64,000 bases of DNA from Syntrophales bacterium (GTDB lineage: Bacteria > Desulfobacterota > Syntrophia > Syntrophales > UBA2210): NCBI GenBank assembly GCA_963666365.2, contig CAXXNF010000001.1, forward strand, positions 800,001-864,000, read 5' to 3'. Positions 19,801 through 28,240 of this stretch are shown piece by piece. The position numbers and the translations under genes are program-made. How positions within the stretch are numbered: position 1 is the stretch's first letter; every line of letters begins with the position of its first letter. The notes beneath the pieces are model-generated. The model had not been told where the DNA came from. It saw nothing but the letters and a program-made list of their open reading frames with translations, and searched no databases.

Positions 19801-22800
19801 GCATGGGATTGTTCTGCATGGCGACGCGGCCGAGAATCATGCCCGTGCCGGCATCGTTTCCGAAGGCGGCGTATTCGGCGCCCGTGAAGAGCCGGTAGGG
19901 CAGCAGGGCCTGTGTGTCTTCCTGCAGGGTCATGTAACGGCTCAACACAGGGGCATAATCGGTATCCGCAGGCTGCGGGATGGAAAGATAGAACGCCTGA
20001 CCCACCGGGATGTCGGTGAGCATGAAAGCGCCCAGCGCGCCGTCAGCGGGGTGCGTACCGATGAGATCGCCCGTCGGCTGCCGCGCTTCCGCCTGGGCGC
20101 CGGGAACGACTTGGTCCTGTGTATCCCTGACCCAGCCGAAGAAGGACACCCCTGCGGGACCACCGGCGACGAGATTGATACCGCCGGCATTCGTTTGACT
20201 CAGCGCCGTCACCTGTACGGGGTTGTACTGAGCCTCGGCGAAGGGTTCGCCTTCATCGCGCTGGTTGTCGCCGTTGCTGTCGAGGTAGGCCCCCACATAG
20301 TAATCAACGCCCGGCGTCAGGCCGAAGATCAGAAACTGTGCGGGATTTTCGTTGAACACCTCTTCCAGTCCGGCAACGGGCGTTTGCATCGCCTGGTCGG
20401 AGTAGACGATGACATGCATGGCGCCGCTTGCCTGCGTCCAGTTCTGGCAATAGACGCCGCCGATCACGTAGCCTTTGTCCTCATCGCCTTCGCGGTAATC
20501 GAAATAGACAGGTTCCGCGTAGGCCTCATCGCCCGATGCGTAAACCGCCACCAGCTGCACCGAGTAGGTGCCGGTCGTCTTGTCGTAGGCCCCCAGCAGT
20601 GAGTAGAGGTTGACCGTGTTGGTGTCGTGAAGCGGCGTGTCGTTTTCTGTGTTCCGAACGACATTTCCCGCACCGTCGTAGACGATATAATAATAATGAT
20701 CCACGGCGGTATTGGGCGCCCAGGAAAGAATCCCCGCCGCATTCACCTTTACGCCCGCGGGCAGAGCCCCCGGCGTGCCGGGTTGAAAGTCGTAGGTGAA
20801 CGTCTCTGTGTGCTGGTCGGTGTAGGTCGCCGTAAATGTATAGGTTCCCGCATAGTTTTCCGGGAATCCCTCCGTGATGAAAGCGGTATCCGAGGGATAG
20901 ACTGCCCAGAATTCATCGTACTCCCCGTTAAGCGGGAAATCAACGATGCCCGAATTTTCCGGACCGGTCACGGTGACCGATGCAATGCCGGTTACCTCGC
21001 CTTCCAGAATGAGTTCGAGCTGATAGCCCTGGGCGGAATGCATGTACATGACGTCGGGCGTCAATGCCGGCGCCGTGGCCTGATAGGTAAAGCTCGTCTG
21101 CAGCAGGGAGTAGTTCCCCTCGGGATCATCGCTTGAAATCATGTAGGTGTATGTGCCGTCTGCAAGGGCCGGTCCGTCGTAGGCTATGGTCCCGCTCTGC
21201 AGATCATGGGCACTCCAGATCTGATTCCACGTGCTGTCGAACAGCTCGATGCCGTGGCTGAATCCGGGTATCGGCATCCACGAAAATGCAAGATCGCCCG
21301 ATACCGTGGCGCTCTGTACGGGCGACAGGTTTGTGGGGAAGACCTCTACGAAATAGTTGACCGGTACCGTCTGAACAACCTGCTGGCCGCTTCCGTACTC
21401 TATGGTGAAGGTGTAGCTCAGCGGGAGCGCCGGTCTCGTGTTGCCGAAGGTGGGGTTGTTGTTTGTTTGCTCGGGAGACTCGCTCCAGGAATGCCACTCC
21501 TCCTCATCCTCCGCATCGTGATAGAGTGCGATGGATCCGTCGATGCCGTCGCCCGTAACGGTGACGGAGGTAATCAGATTACCCGGGTCCTCCACTTCCA
21601 GAGAGACCCAGTAGATATCGGGATTGGTGGATTGGGCCTGGTAGCCGGATCGGGCCATGACTTCAAAGAGTTTCTGGTTCCCGTAAATCTTCCAGGCGCC
21701 GCTTTCGTTGACAAAGTGGAGAAGCTCTGCCTCCCTGCCGTTCCAGAGGACCATCATCGTGGCCGAAGTGCCGTCGATGACGGTGTTCAGCACCGTATAG
21801 GTCTCTCCCTGGAACTCGGGATCGCTGAATTCCTCGGTAAGTTCGGCCGCAAAGCCAGTTTTCGTCAGGCCGTCGTCGAGATAGTTCTCGGACACATAGG
21901 CCATGAATCCGCCGAGATTCTTGGCGTTAAATTCCACCATGGCTGCATCGAAGGCGCCCCTCAGGGCCAGCGTGTCGCCGTCGGAGGCGCTGAAGATGTA
22001 GCCTTCGCTGACGGCGTCGCCATGGGTCATGAAGACGCGGCCGTCAAAGACAAACGCTGACAGTTGCGCGGTGACGGCCACCATGTCCCCCTCGAGCACA
22101 TTGGGGATCAGATATCTGCCGTCAGCGGCCGTTGTACCTGTTGTGCTTCCGGGATAGACGGGGGCGTAGGTCTGTCCGAGCATGCTTGTACAGAACACCT
22201 CGGCGTTCTGTATCCCGCTTCCGAAGGATTTGTCCCAGACCCTGCCGGTAATGACGCCCTTGCCGGACTCGATGCCCCAGGCCGCCACATCGGCGGGTGT
22301 GAAGAGTATAAAGGGAATATTTGTATTTTCTATATCGGCGGCGCTGCGGATGACGGCCGAGAACACGGATACGTACCCCAGTTTTGCGATACCCAATGTA
22401 AAGGCGGTATCGACAGGCAGCCCTTCAAGGGTGAAGGCGCCGCCTGTAACGGTTGTCGTGAAGAGAGAAGGATTTTCTGCCATGAACACCGTGGCGCCTT
22501 CAATGCCGGCGCCCAGGCTGTCCGCCACCATGCCCGTAAAGGAGATGCCCTCGGGGGGAGACGTCGCTGTCCCCAGGATCAATCCCTCGTGTGCACTGTC
22601 GCTGTGAATGGAGTGGAACGCCGGTCCCTGGAAGGCCCAGCCGTCCTTGGCGCCCTGCACGGCGATCGCATCGCCCGGCGTAATGCCGTAAATGTAGTAG
22701 AGGCCGTTTGCCGATGTTGTCGCCGTTTCACCCGAGGTGAAGGACATCCCATCGAAGTAGGCCACATTGTAGGCGCCGCTCAGTGCGCTGGTGTAGGTGA

Positions 22801-25288
22801 CCTTCACTCCCGCCACCGGCTGCGAGGGATTCGCCGCATCGACGACCCGGCCGGTGATAAAACCCGTGCCGGAAGGCAGTATTTCGATCGGCCAGCCTGC
22901 AAGTTCCGTCGGCGTAAACATGACAAAGGGCCAGAGGCCGACCACATCCTGGGACGTATTCATTGTCTGCGAATAGACAGGGACATAATTGGTAGCGGTG
23001 ATCTGGAGGGCAAAGGGAGTATTGACCGGCAGCCCGCTTAAGGTAAAGGCCCCTAAAGTGTCCGTAGTGGTGGATATGTTTGCGTTGTCGGCGGATGACA
23101 CGGTGGCGCCGGCGATCGGCGTTCCGTCGATGGGAGAATTCACATTGGAGGCCCTGACAAGGCCGGTAAAGGAGATGCTGGGTCCCTGGGAAAGGAAGAA
23201 ATACACGTTATCAACGGTTTCACCGGCGTTAAAGGTGAGCACCTGAGCGCCGTCGATGGTTTCGGCATTGGGATACCACTGGGCAATCTGGGCGCCGGTG
23301 TAATCTTCGTGGAAAATCCTGATTCGGTAGTCGCCTACGGGAATGCCGACGAGGTGGAAATCCTTAGAGTGAAACATGAAAAGCTCACGCTCGAAGGCCT
23401 TGGTGCCGGCGGCATTGTAAAATTCGAGGATAAAATTCTCGGCGAACAGGTCGTCAAGTGTGCGTACGCCCCCTGAAATCTGTGCCAGTGCGGGGTCGGC
23501 GGTGATCTGAAGAGGCGCATTGCCGGTGGCTGTAGTGGTGCCGTCGGAGGTGGTGGCGTGGAACATTACCGTGAATGCGCCCGGTTCCTGATCCAGCATT
23601 TGAAAAGTGGATGCGTAGGACCGGTTGCTGTCGTACCATGTTCCTTTTTCCGAGCGGTTGCTGCTGAAGCTCGTCATGCCCGATACGCTGGTTCCAACTT
23701 GTGTGAGCGCGTAGTTGCCCGTAGCTGAAAAGCTCAGGTCGCCCGCGTACGAATAGGGCACCGATGAGGGTGTAATGGACACCTGCACTTGCGGGGCCGT
23801 TTCGCCTATGGTGATAGTGACCGGCAGCGATGCCTGGGCGCCGTCGGTCGCGGTGACCACAATATTGGCACTGCCTGCGGTGAGGGCATAGTAATTAGGT
23901 CCCCAGGTGGTCGGTTCCACCATAACTACCAAGGGATTGTCCGATGAAATGGTCAGAGGGCTCGGCATGCCCATGCCGTAGGGGGCCATCATGCCCTGGG
24001 TATTGCCGAGTGAATCGGTGGCGTCGATCTGCAGGCCGTAGGAGTTGAACTGCCCCTGCGCGGTCAGATCGATCTGAGTGACGTCTTCCCTCGTATTCGT
24101 CTGGGTGAGAGGATTGTAGACATAGCGGTAAAAATTAATTGAATTTATGGTGACCACTTCCAGGAGGAACGGCACGTAGCGTGGCTGTGTGTTCGCTTCC
24201 TCGGTTTTGAGGAGAATAGAATAGTCACCGGCAGCGACTGCGCTGGTATCTATTTTCAGTAGCACGCCGCCGGCGTTTTTGAGCGGAACCGGCGTAAAGG
24301 TCGTTATGGCGCCTGCCGGAAGCGTCGATGGATCGATACTGAAGGTAATGCCGCTGGTGGTGGCAAAGTCATTGAGAAAGTCGATGGCAATCACATATTC
24401 GGCAACCTGACCTTTGACCGCGGTAAGATCGTCATTTTTGAGATTCACTGTGTAATTCGGCGAGGTAACTTCAAAGGAAAAGTTGGTGTTGCTTTCCACG
24501 TGATCGGCTACCACATAGACCCTGCCGCTGCGTGCCGGGTCGTTGACCGTCACATCGATTGACGTGTCTGACCAGGAGGTGACCGTTATACCGTTGGAAC
24601 TCCCGCCGATGGAGACAAAACCCTGAGTGGCGCCGAAGTTCGTTCCCGTGATGGTAAGAACACTGCCATAGGCGCCGGAATTTGCTGAAACGTCGCTTAT
24701 TTGAGGCAGTACGCCGATGGTGACCGTATCGGTTGAATCAACGAGGCTGATATTGTCAGTGATAAAACCGCCAGTATTTTCCTTGAAGATCTCAATCTTG
24801 ATCAGTTTTCGTGCGTCCGCCGGAAAGGCGACATCGCTAGTGAATATGGTCGGGTTGGACGGGTCTGACGATACGTCCGCCACGGGGGGCATGCCGAATT
24901 CGATAAAACCCATGGTATCACTGGTGGTTACATAGGTAAGCTCGACTTGAATGGTATGGTCGTTCCAGGCGTTTACTTTGCTGAGATCCATGGAGAACTG
25001 GAGCGTTTTTCCTCCGATATTGTCGGCATTCAGGTTTTGGTAGATGACCAGACCTGTATATTCCATGAAACCGCTTGAGGGGGGATTCAGGCTCACCGCG
25101 CCGTCCGCAAGCGGGTTCCATGAGGGATCTATTTCCGGGTCGATGTTCCAGTCCAGAAGACCGCTCGAAAAATCGCCATTTCTTATTATCTCGACCGCTG
25201 AAACCGCCGAGGCGGAAAATGAGGCGGCAAAGACAAAAAGAACGGTAAGAATGTATAGAACTCTTTGTGTCCAGTGCGGTGTTTTCAT
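16868..25288 (-). CDS. ~2806 aa giant secreted modular surface protein, paralogue of 11423-16402, with N-terminal CBM-like and IPT/TIG domains and a dockerin-like module
   Basis: Start moved to ATG 25288 (AAGGAG RBS, then signal peptide MKTPHWTQRVLYILTVLFVFAASFSASA); IIRNGDFSSGLLDW; SGAYGSVLTITGTNFG...SWSDTSIDVTV; repeated super-modules; same C-terminus as paralogue. Confidence 0.88.
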   Translation of the reverse strand: MKTPHWTQRVLYILTVLFVFAASFSASAVSAVEIIRNGDFSSGLLDWNIDPEIDPSWNPLADGAVSLNPPSSGFMEYTGLVIYQNLNADNIGGKTLQFSMDLSKVNAWNDHTIQVELTYVTTSDTMGFIEFGMPPVADVSSDPSNPTIFTSDVAFPADARKLIKIEIFKENTGGFITDNISLVDSTDTVTIGVLPQISDVSANSGAYGSVLTITGTNFGATQGFVSIGGSSNGITVTSWSDTSIDVTVNDPARSGRVYVVADHVESNTNFSFEVTSPNYTVNLKNDDLTAVKGQVAEYVIAIDFLNDFATTSGITFSIDPSTLPAGAITTFTPVPLKNAGGVLLKIDTSAVAAGDYSILLKTEEANTQPRYVPFLLEVVTINSINFYRYVYNPLTQTNTREDVTQIDLTAQGQFNSYGLQIDATDSLGNTQGMMAPYGMGMPSPLTISSDNPLVVMVEPTTWGPNYYALTAGSANIVVTATDGAQASLPVTITIGETAPQVQVSITPSSVPYSYAGDLSFSATGNYALTQVGTSVSGMTSFSSNRSEKGTWYDSNRSYASTFQMLDQEPGAFTVMFHATTSDGTTTATGNAPLQITADPALAQISGGVRTLDDLFAENFILEFYNAAGTKAFERELFMFHSKDFHLVGIPVGDYRIRIFHEDYTGAQIAQWYPNAETIDGAQVLTFNAGETVDNVYFFLSQGPSISFTGLVRASNVNSPIDGTPIAGATVSSADNANISTTTDTLGAFTLSGLPVNTPFALQITATNYVPVYSQTMNTSQDVVGLWPFVMFTPTELAGWPIEILPSGTGFITGRVVDAANPSQPVAGVKVTYTSALSGAYNVAYFDGMSFTSGETATTSANGLYYIYGITPGDAIAVQGAKDGWAFQGPAFHSIHSDSAHEGLILGTATSPPEGISFTGMVADSLGAGIEGATVFMAENPSLFTTTVTGGAFTLEGLPVDTAFTLGIAKLGYVSVFSAVIRSAADIENTNIPFILFTPADVAAWGIESGKGVITGRVWDKSFGSGIQNAEVFCTSMLGQTYAPVYPGSTTGTTAADGRYLIPNVLEGDMVAVTAQLSAFVFDGRVFMTHGDAVSEGYIFSASDGDTLALRGAFDAAMVEFNAKNLGGFMAYVSENYLDDGLTKTGFAAELTEEFSDPEFQGETYTVLNTVIDGTSATMMVLWNGREAELLHFVNESGAWKIYGNQKLFEVMARSGYQAQSTNPDIYWVSLEVEDPGNLITSVTVTGDGIDGSIALYHDAEDEEEWHSWSESPEQTNNNPTFGNTRPALPLSYTFTIEYGSGQQVVQTVPVNYFVEVFPTNLSPVQSATVSGDLAFSWMPIPGFSHGIELFDSTWNQIWSAHDLQSGTIAYDGPALADGTYTYMISSDDPEGNYSLLQTSFTYQATAPALTPDVMYMHSAQGYQLELILEGEVTGIASVTVTGPENSGIVDFPLNGEYDEFWAVYPSDTAFITEGFPENYAGTYTFTATYTDQHTETFTYDFQPGTPGALPAGVKVNAAGILSWAPNTAVDHYYYIVYDGAGNVVRNTENDTPLHDTNTVNLYSLLGAYDKTTGTYSVQLVAVYASGDEAYAEPVYFDYREGDEDKGYVIGGVYCQNWTQASGAMHVIVYSDQAMQTPVAGLEEVFNENPAQFLIFGLTPGVDYYVGAYLDSNGDNQRDEGEPFAEAQYNPVQVTALSQTNAGGINLVAGGPAGVSFFGWVRDTQDQVVPGAQAEARQPTGDLIGTHPADGALGAFMLTDIPVGQAFYLSIPQPADTDYAPVLSRYMTLQEDTQALLPYRLFTGAEYAAFGNDAGTGMILGRVAMQNNPMQFLAGATIEVQRWTPMGLVGDPLQVTYTGGGNATAEDGLYMVKNVPVMDEFHPPVLYQVTATLDGYTFTFNNALVPVAAGTVTEDSIFATGEAGLQARMLYMRFTGGDQLEMILKGDVADIASVTVTGPGNSGILNFPLNPGVGEDEGEFWAVYPSDTSFITEEFPESYTGWYTFIATYADQHTETRTFDFQPGTPLEVPANVGVNGDTGMLAWDAVDGAAGYYLVITDVGNQMEVYNGEADPMILQSPFDLFTALGQRGVPSGEYTVQVVAVDGPFGNEAYADPAPFFYQGGAAMTISFTGKVVDSEGNAIQGAEVMLADNWSHMVMTGTDGTFTLGSLPIDTPFTLRIFLWGYADSYSAIIRSGTDIDSTGTPFKLFTPDQVEAWGVEAGKGVITGRVLDRTSGFAVPNAVVSYTSLSGQSYTVVYPGSAEATGAEGTYRILNIADGDRVIVTATCPGFAFDGRVFMTHAYSVSEGSIFGASDGATLTLRSQFDAAMVEFNSGHLEEFMACVSEDYLDDGQTKAGFRAELAEEFSDPGFDGETYVVLGSFIDGEMGYLTVLWNGVEREVIPFKYEGGAWQLYGNQKLFEVMARSGHQAASANPDTYWVSLEVEDPGDMITGVTVTGDGIDGSLALYHDPEDKSWNSWQENNNPTFGNMRPELPLTYTFTVNYQSQEKTETVTVANFVEVFPYDAAPWEGQTVTGDFAFSWTPVPGFIHGIELFDMNWNRVWEKYDVQGGLVEGQVQVAYDGPALEGGRYYYNVVTSDSDGNYSLLQTSFTYALPGPVPSLGQAILVLQALTGQNPTGLEAVRDVNNDGRIGLIEAMYVLQTNAGLVTPLPVTSESGTAELTSRAWNDNDGFDFSEATTKRVQIIDDMYDWQDTDFIVETNIIFLAPGVEAQDLGVLSLSDVNRVPIDGYGPTLDVILDPAHVYAFRLFDGTYAAIQFTETAVDQGNDTFKSTFNYKYQPNWSANF
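16948..17446. repeat. Second copy of the ~500 bp direct repeat
   Basis: Matches 11512-12010. Confidence 0.9.
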
Positions 25289-25599
25289 GGTACGCTCCTT
25301 ATTGTGATAAAAAATTTTGCAATAGTACGCCGACAGAGACTGCATATGGTAATTCCCCTCTGGATCAGAGAATCCATGCATCCGTTCGGCGCACCCGATT
25401 TCCAATGACTAACAACACTTCCGTCTGTCTGTAAGATGTGTAACCGGATGAAGAACTATGGTAATACTTGCATAATATAGTGATCGAAAGGTCATTATGC
25501 AAGGGCCTCTGTTCGTCGGACAGGCAATACACGAAGTCGAAAATATTCAGCCGGTTTAAAAGATCCACCCACCCCCATTACACCTTTTGATTTGGGTAT

Positions 25600-25684
25600 T
25601 TTCTATCAGAATACAGGTGCCGCTACAAGCGAAATGTACGGGTTTTATGATTCCTTTCACAGGAATAGTGTAACGTTCGTCACA
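25600..25684 (-). promoter_or_regulatory. Predicted promoter with tandem CRP-type boxes upstream of the 2806 aa gene
   Basis: TATGA-ttcctt-TCACA (25646-25661), TGTAA-cgttcg-TCACA (25669-25684); TTGTAG-17-TAGAAA with TG extension; same spacings as at 16442-16526. Confidence 0.72.
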
Positions 25685-25689
25685 GTGAT

Positions 25690-25768
25690 GGTCGGTTTGG
25701 CCCCGGTGAAATTGGCTTCGCATTTCACGGGGTAAATCTGTTTGGTCTATCTGGTCTGTCTGGTCGTT
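25690..25768. repeat. 9-mer tandem repeats (tctgtctgg-like) with an embedded 32 bp palindrome
   Basis: ccccggtgaaat-tggcttcgc-atttcacgggg at 25701-25732; tctgtttgg tctatctgg tctgtctgg; reverse-complement array at 38760-38822. Confidence 0.65.
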
Positions 25769-25810
25769 AAAAATTCCACGATGCCGACGCATCGGCATTA
25801 TAATGGAAAA

Positions 25811-25925
25811 TAACTCACAGTTTCTTGGGCAGCGAACCGAAAAAAAACAGCATCTCGCGCAGGGGCGCAGGGACGCTGAGGACAAGAGGAAATATCTTTC
25901 TCTGCGTCTTGGCTCTGCGGGAGAA
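25811..25925. repeat. Inverted copy of the 16619-16743 element
   Basis: tctcgcgcaggggcgcagggacgctgagg is the near reverse complement of 16672-16700. Confidence 0.7.
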
Positions 25926-25953
25926 AAAGAATCAGTTGCTTAGAAGATTTGCC

Positions 25954-26640
25954 TTATTTTATGCGCCGTTTGAGGCGAGTGGGGTTGTGAATGCGTATGG
26001 TGTTGCCATCAACGCTTACCAGGCCCTTTTCTCTGAGGGTTCTCAGCTCCTTGTTGATGCTTTCCCGGGAGGCGCCAACCATCTTTGCCAGGTCCGTCTG
26101 GGTAAGGGCAATGTCGAATTCGATCTCATCTCCTACTTCTCTTCCGTGCTCTTCCGCCAGTTCCACAAGTTTCTTTGCGAATCGTCCCGACACGTTGAGA
26201 AAACAGGTGTCCTGCAGGAGGTCGTCGGTTTTTCGAAGGCGAAGCGAGAGCGATCGAAGAATGGCCTGGATCGCCCCTCTGTTGTTCTGGAGAAAGCCCA
26301 CGAAATCGCTTTGGTTCAGCACGTAAAGCTCCGAATCTTCCAGGGCCACGGCGTCGGCGGAGCGGGGCATACCGTCGAGCAGGGCCATTTCACCGAAAAA
26401 ATCCCCCTCTGAAAAGAGCGCCAGGACCACCTCGTCACCCATGGTAGAAGGAAGGACGATCTTTACTTTTCCCTTTGTGATAACATAGAGCGTGGTCCCT
26501 TCACTCCCCTTGCGGAAGAGCACTTCACCCCTTTTGATTGACTGCCGCCTGATCGACGCGGCAAGATGTTTCCGGTCTTCCGGTCCCAGCGAGTGGAAAA
26601 GGGGGATATTCATGATAAATGATTCGGGAGACATAGGCAT
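25954..26640 (-). CDS. Crp/Fnr-family transcription regulator, cAMP-receptor (CRP/GlxR) type
   Basis: cNMP pocket FFGEMALLDGMPRSADA; HTH TQTDLAKMVGASRESINKEL; no FNR Cys cluster. Confidence 0.93.
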   Translation of the reverse strand: MPMSPESFIMNIPLFHSLGPEDRKHLAASIRRQSIKRGEVLFRKGSEGTTLYVITKGKVKIVLPSTMGDEVVLALFSEGDFFGEMALLDGMPRSADAVALEDSELYVLNQSDFVGFLQNNRGAIQAILRSLSLRLRKTDDLLQDTCFLNVSGRFAKKLVELAEEHGREVGDEIEFDIALTQTDLAKMVGASRESINKELRTLREKGLVSVDGNTIRIHNPTRLKRRIK

Positions 26641-26657
26641 CTCTCCTTTGTATTCTC

Positions 26658-27158
26658 TTACGGCGATGGTGCCCCTTTGGGCACAATGACGATAGAACCG
26701 GTGCGCTGTGACGCATCGATATTCTTCAATTTTTCACTCATCATCTGCAGTTCCGCGATATTCAGAGACGTTTCCTGTTTTTTCTCAAGATCCTTCCGTG
26801 CCGTAAAGGTGAAGGTGAAAAGAGGAATCTTATCACCCGATATTCCCTGTGCGCTTGCCATGACCAGAATCAGACGGCCCGGTTTTTTGTCATTGACCAC
26901 ATGCATCATGGCGCCGGTATGATTCGTTTTGGCGCCTCCTGCGTAGATGAGAAGGTGGTGGTTGTAATCGATGACGATTTTAATCCCCGCCAGTTCCTTC
27001 ACCGTGTCGACGGTCAGTGTTGCCGCAAAGGACTCCCCCGGTGCAACGGCGCCCCCGTCGATGGAAACTTCCACGGCTTCCGCCGGGGAAACGCAGAAAA
27101 GACACATCGCCGTCAGGATGAGGGCCAAAATTCCGCTGCTGCTCCAATGTCGCTTCAT
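26658..27158 (-). CDS. 166 aa exported single cohesin-domain protein
   Basis: Start moved to ATG 27158; signal peptide ending AEA; PGESFAATLTVDTVKELAGIKIVIDYNHHLL...PGRLILVMASAQGISG...LFTFTFTA. Confidence 0.8.
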   Translation of the reverse strand: MKRHWSSSGILALILTAMCLFCVSPAEAVEVSIDGGAVAPGESFAATLTVDTVKELAGIKIVIDYNHHLLIYAGGAKTNHTGAMMHVVNDKKPGRLILVMASAQGISGDKIPLFTFTFTARKDLEKKQETSLNIAELQMMSEKLKNIDASQRTGSIVIVPKGAPSP

Positions 27159-27457
27159 ATACGTTGCCTTATGAGGAGTATGAATCACCTTATAACGATA
27201 AATATCACCGAGGTCAAGAGGATATAATGGATGTGAATTGAGAACACCGGTGTGATAGGATGGACACACCGGATATGGAGCGCCGTCTTTCAGATCTTCA
27301 TCGATGCTCGTGAATGATTCTTGCGAGAGTTCGCCCTTCGTGTTAGTAAATCGAAACGGATTGGATGTTGCTGGAACCGTACTATGTTCGATTATTATAA
27401 CCGTTCACTGCCTGTATTCCAGGATATGAACCGACGCGCTTCTTTTGGTATCCCGTG

Positions 27458-27853
27458 ATGCACATATTTCGAGAACAGGATAGACACTGCACGCATTTCC
27501 CCGGCTTCACCCTTCTCGAGGTCATGATTGCCCTGGCGGTGCTCTCGATCGGTCTTGTGGCCGTGTTTCAATCTCAGTCACAGAGTATTTCCATGATTAC
27601 GCGATCCCGTTTCGAAACGACGGCCGCTCTTCTGGCGCAGTGGAAGATGGCGGAATTCGAGGCGGCCAAGGCCGGCGACCTGTCATCACGGAACGGCGAT
27701 TTCGGCGACGACTATCGGGATTACACCTGGGAGGTGCAGATGGAGGAAACCGAACTCCCCTATGTGATGAAAATAGAACTGACCGTGCGTAACGAGAAAA
27801 TGAAACGGAACAATGCCTACCGGCTGGAGCTTTACCGGTCCGTGACTTCGTAA
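27458..27853 (+). CDS. gspI: Type II secretion minor pseudopilin, GspI-like
   Basis: Prepilin motif PG|FTLLEVMIALAVL; LAQWKMAE and GDF..DYTW typical of GspI. Confidence 0.82.
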   Translation: MHIFREQDRHCTHFPGFTLLEVMIALAVLSIGLVAVFQSQSQSISMITRSRFETTAALLAQWKMAEFEAAKAGDLSSRNGDFGDDYRDYTWEVQMEETELPYVMKIELTVRNEKMKRNNAYRLELYRSVTS

Positions 27854-27869
27854 GAAGGAAGAAGAAACG

Positions 27870-28208
27870 AGCTCTTGCGCAGAGGAACAGATTAAATGAA
27901 TTAAAGTTTTTCTCGGCGGGCTCGGCGCATCTACGGGAGAACAAAATTAAAAAAGAAAAAACCGTTTCGCGCAGAGGCGCAGGGACGCAGAGGAACTGAG
28001 TTGAGACAATCGAGAAAAGTAAAATTCAAATTCCCTGTCGAGAGGGGACAGGTAATTGCAGGGATGACGGCATCACCCATCACCCCCACCCTGACCCTCC
28101 CCCATCAAGGGGGAGGGAACATGGCGTGCAGATTATCCCCATCGAGGGGGAGGGAACAGAATTGATGGATTAAAGCTGTTTTCGGCAGACTCGGCGACTC
28201 TGCGGAAG
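27870..28208. repeat. Mosaic of CGCAGAG-family arms and REP-like CCCCCACCCTGACCCTCCCC elements between gspI and gspJ
   Basis: tttcgcgcagaggcgcagggacgcagagg (27965-27993); cacccccaccctgaccctccccatcaaggggaggg-like (28081-28117). Confidence 0.7.
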
Positions 28209-28240
28209 CATACTATTAAAAAGGAGGCCCATGTAAGGCA

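Noticed and set aside
25289..25405. 39-codon N-terminal extension of the 2845 aa ORF
   Set aside because: ATG 25288 has an AAGGAG RBS and directly begins a signal peptide
27247..27272. Palindrome ccggtgtg-N10-cacaccgg between cohesin and gspI
   Set aside because: Single occurrence, wrong spacing for CRP, no supporting context
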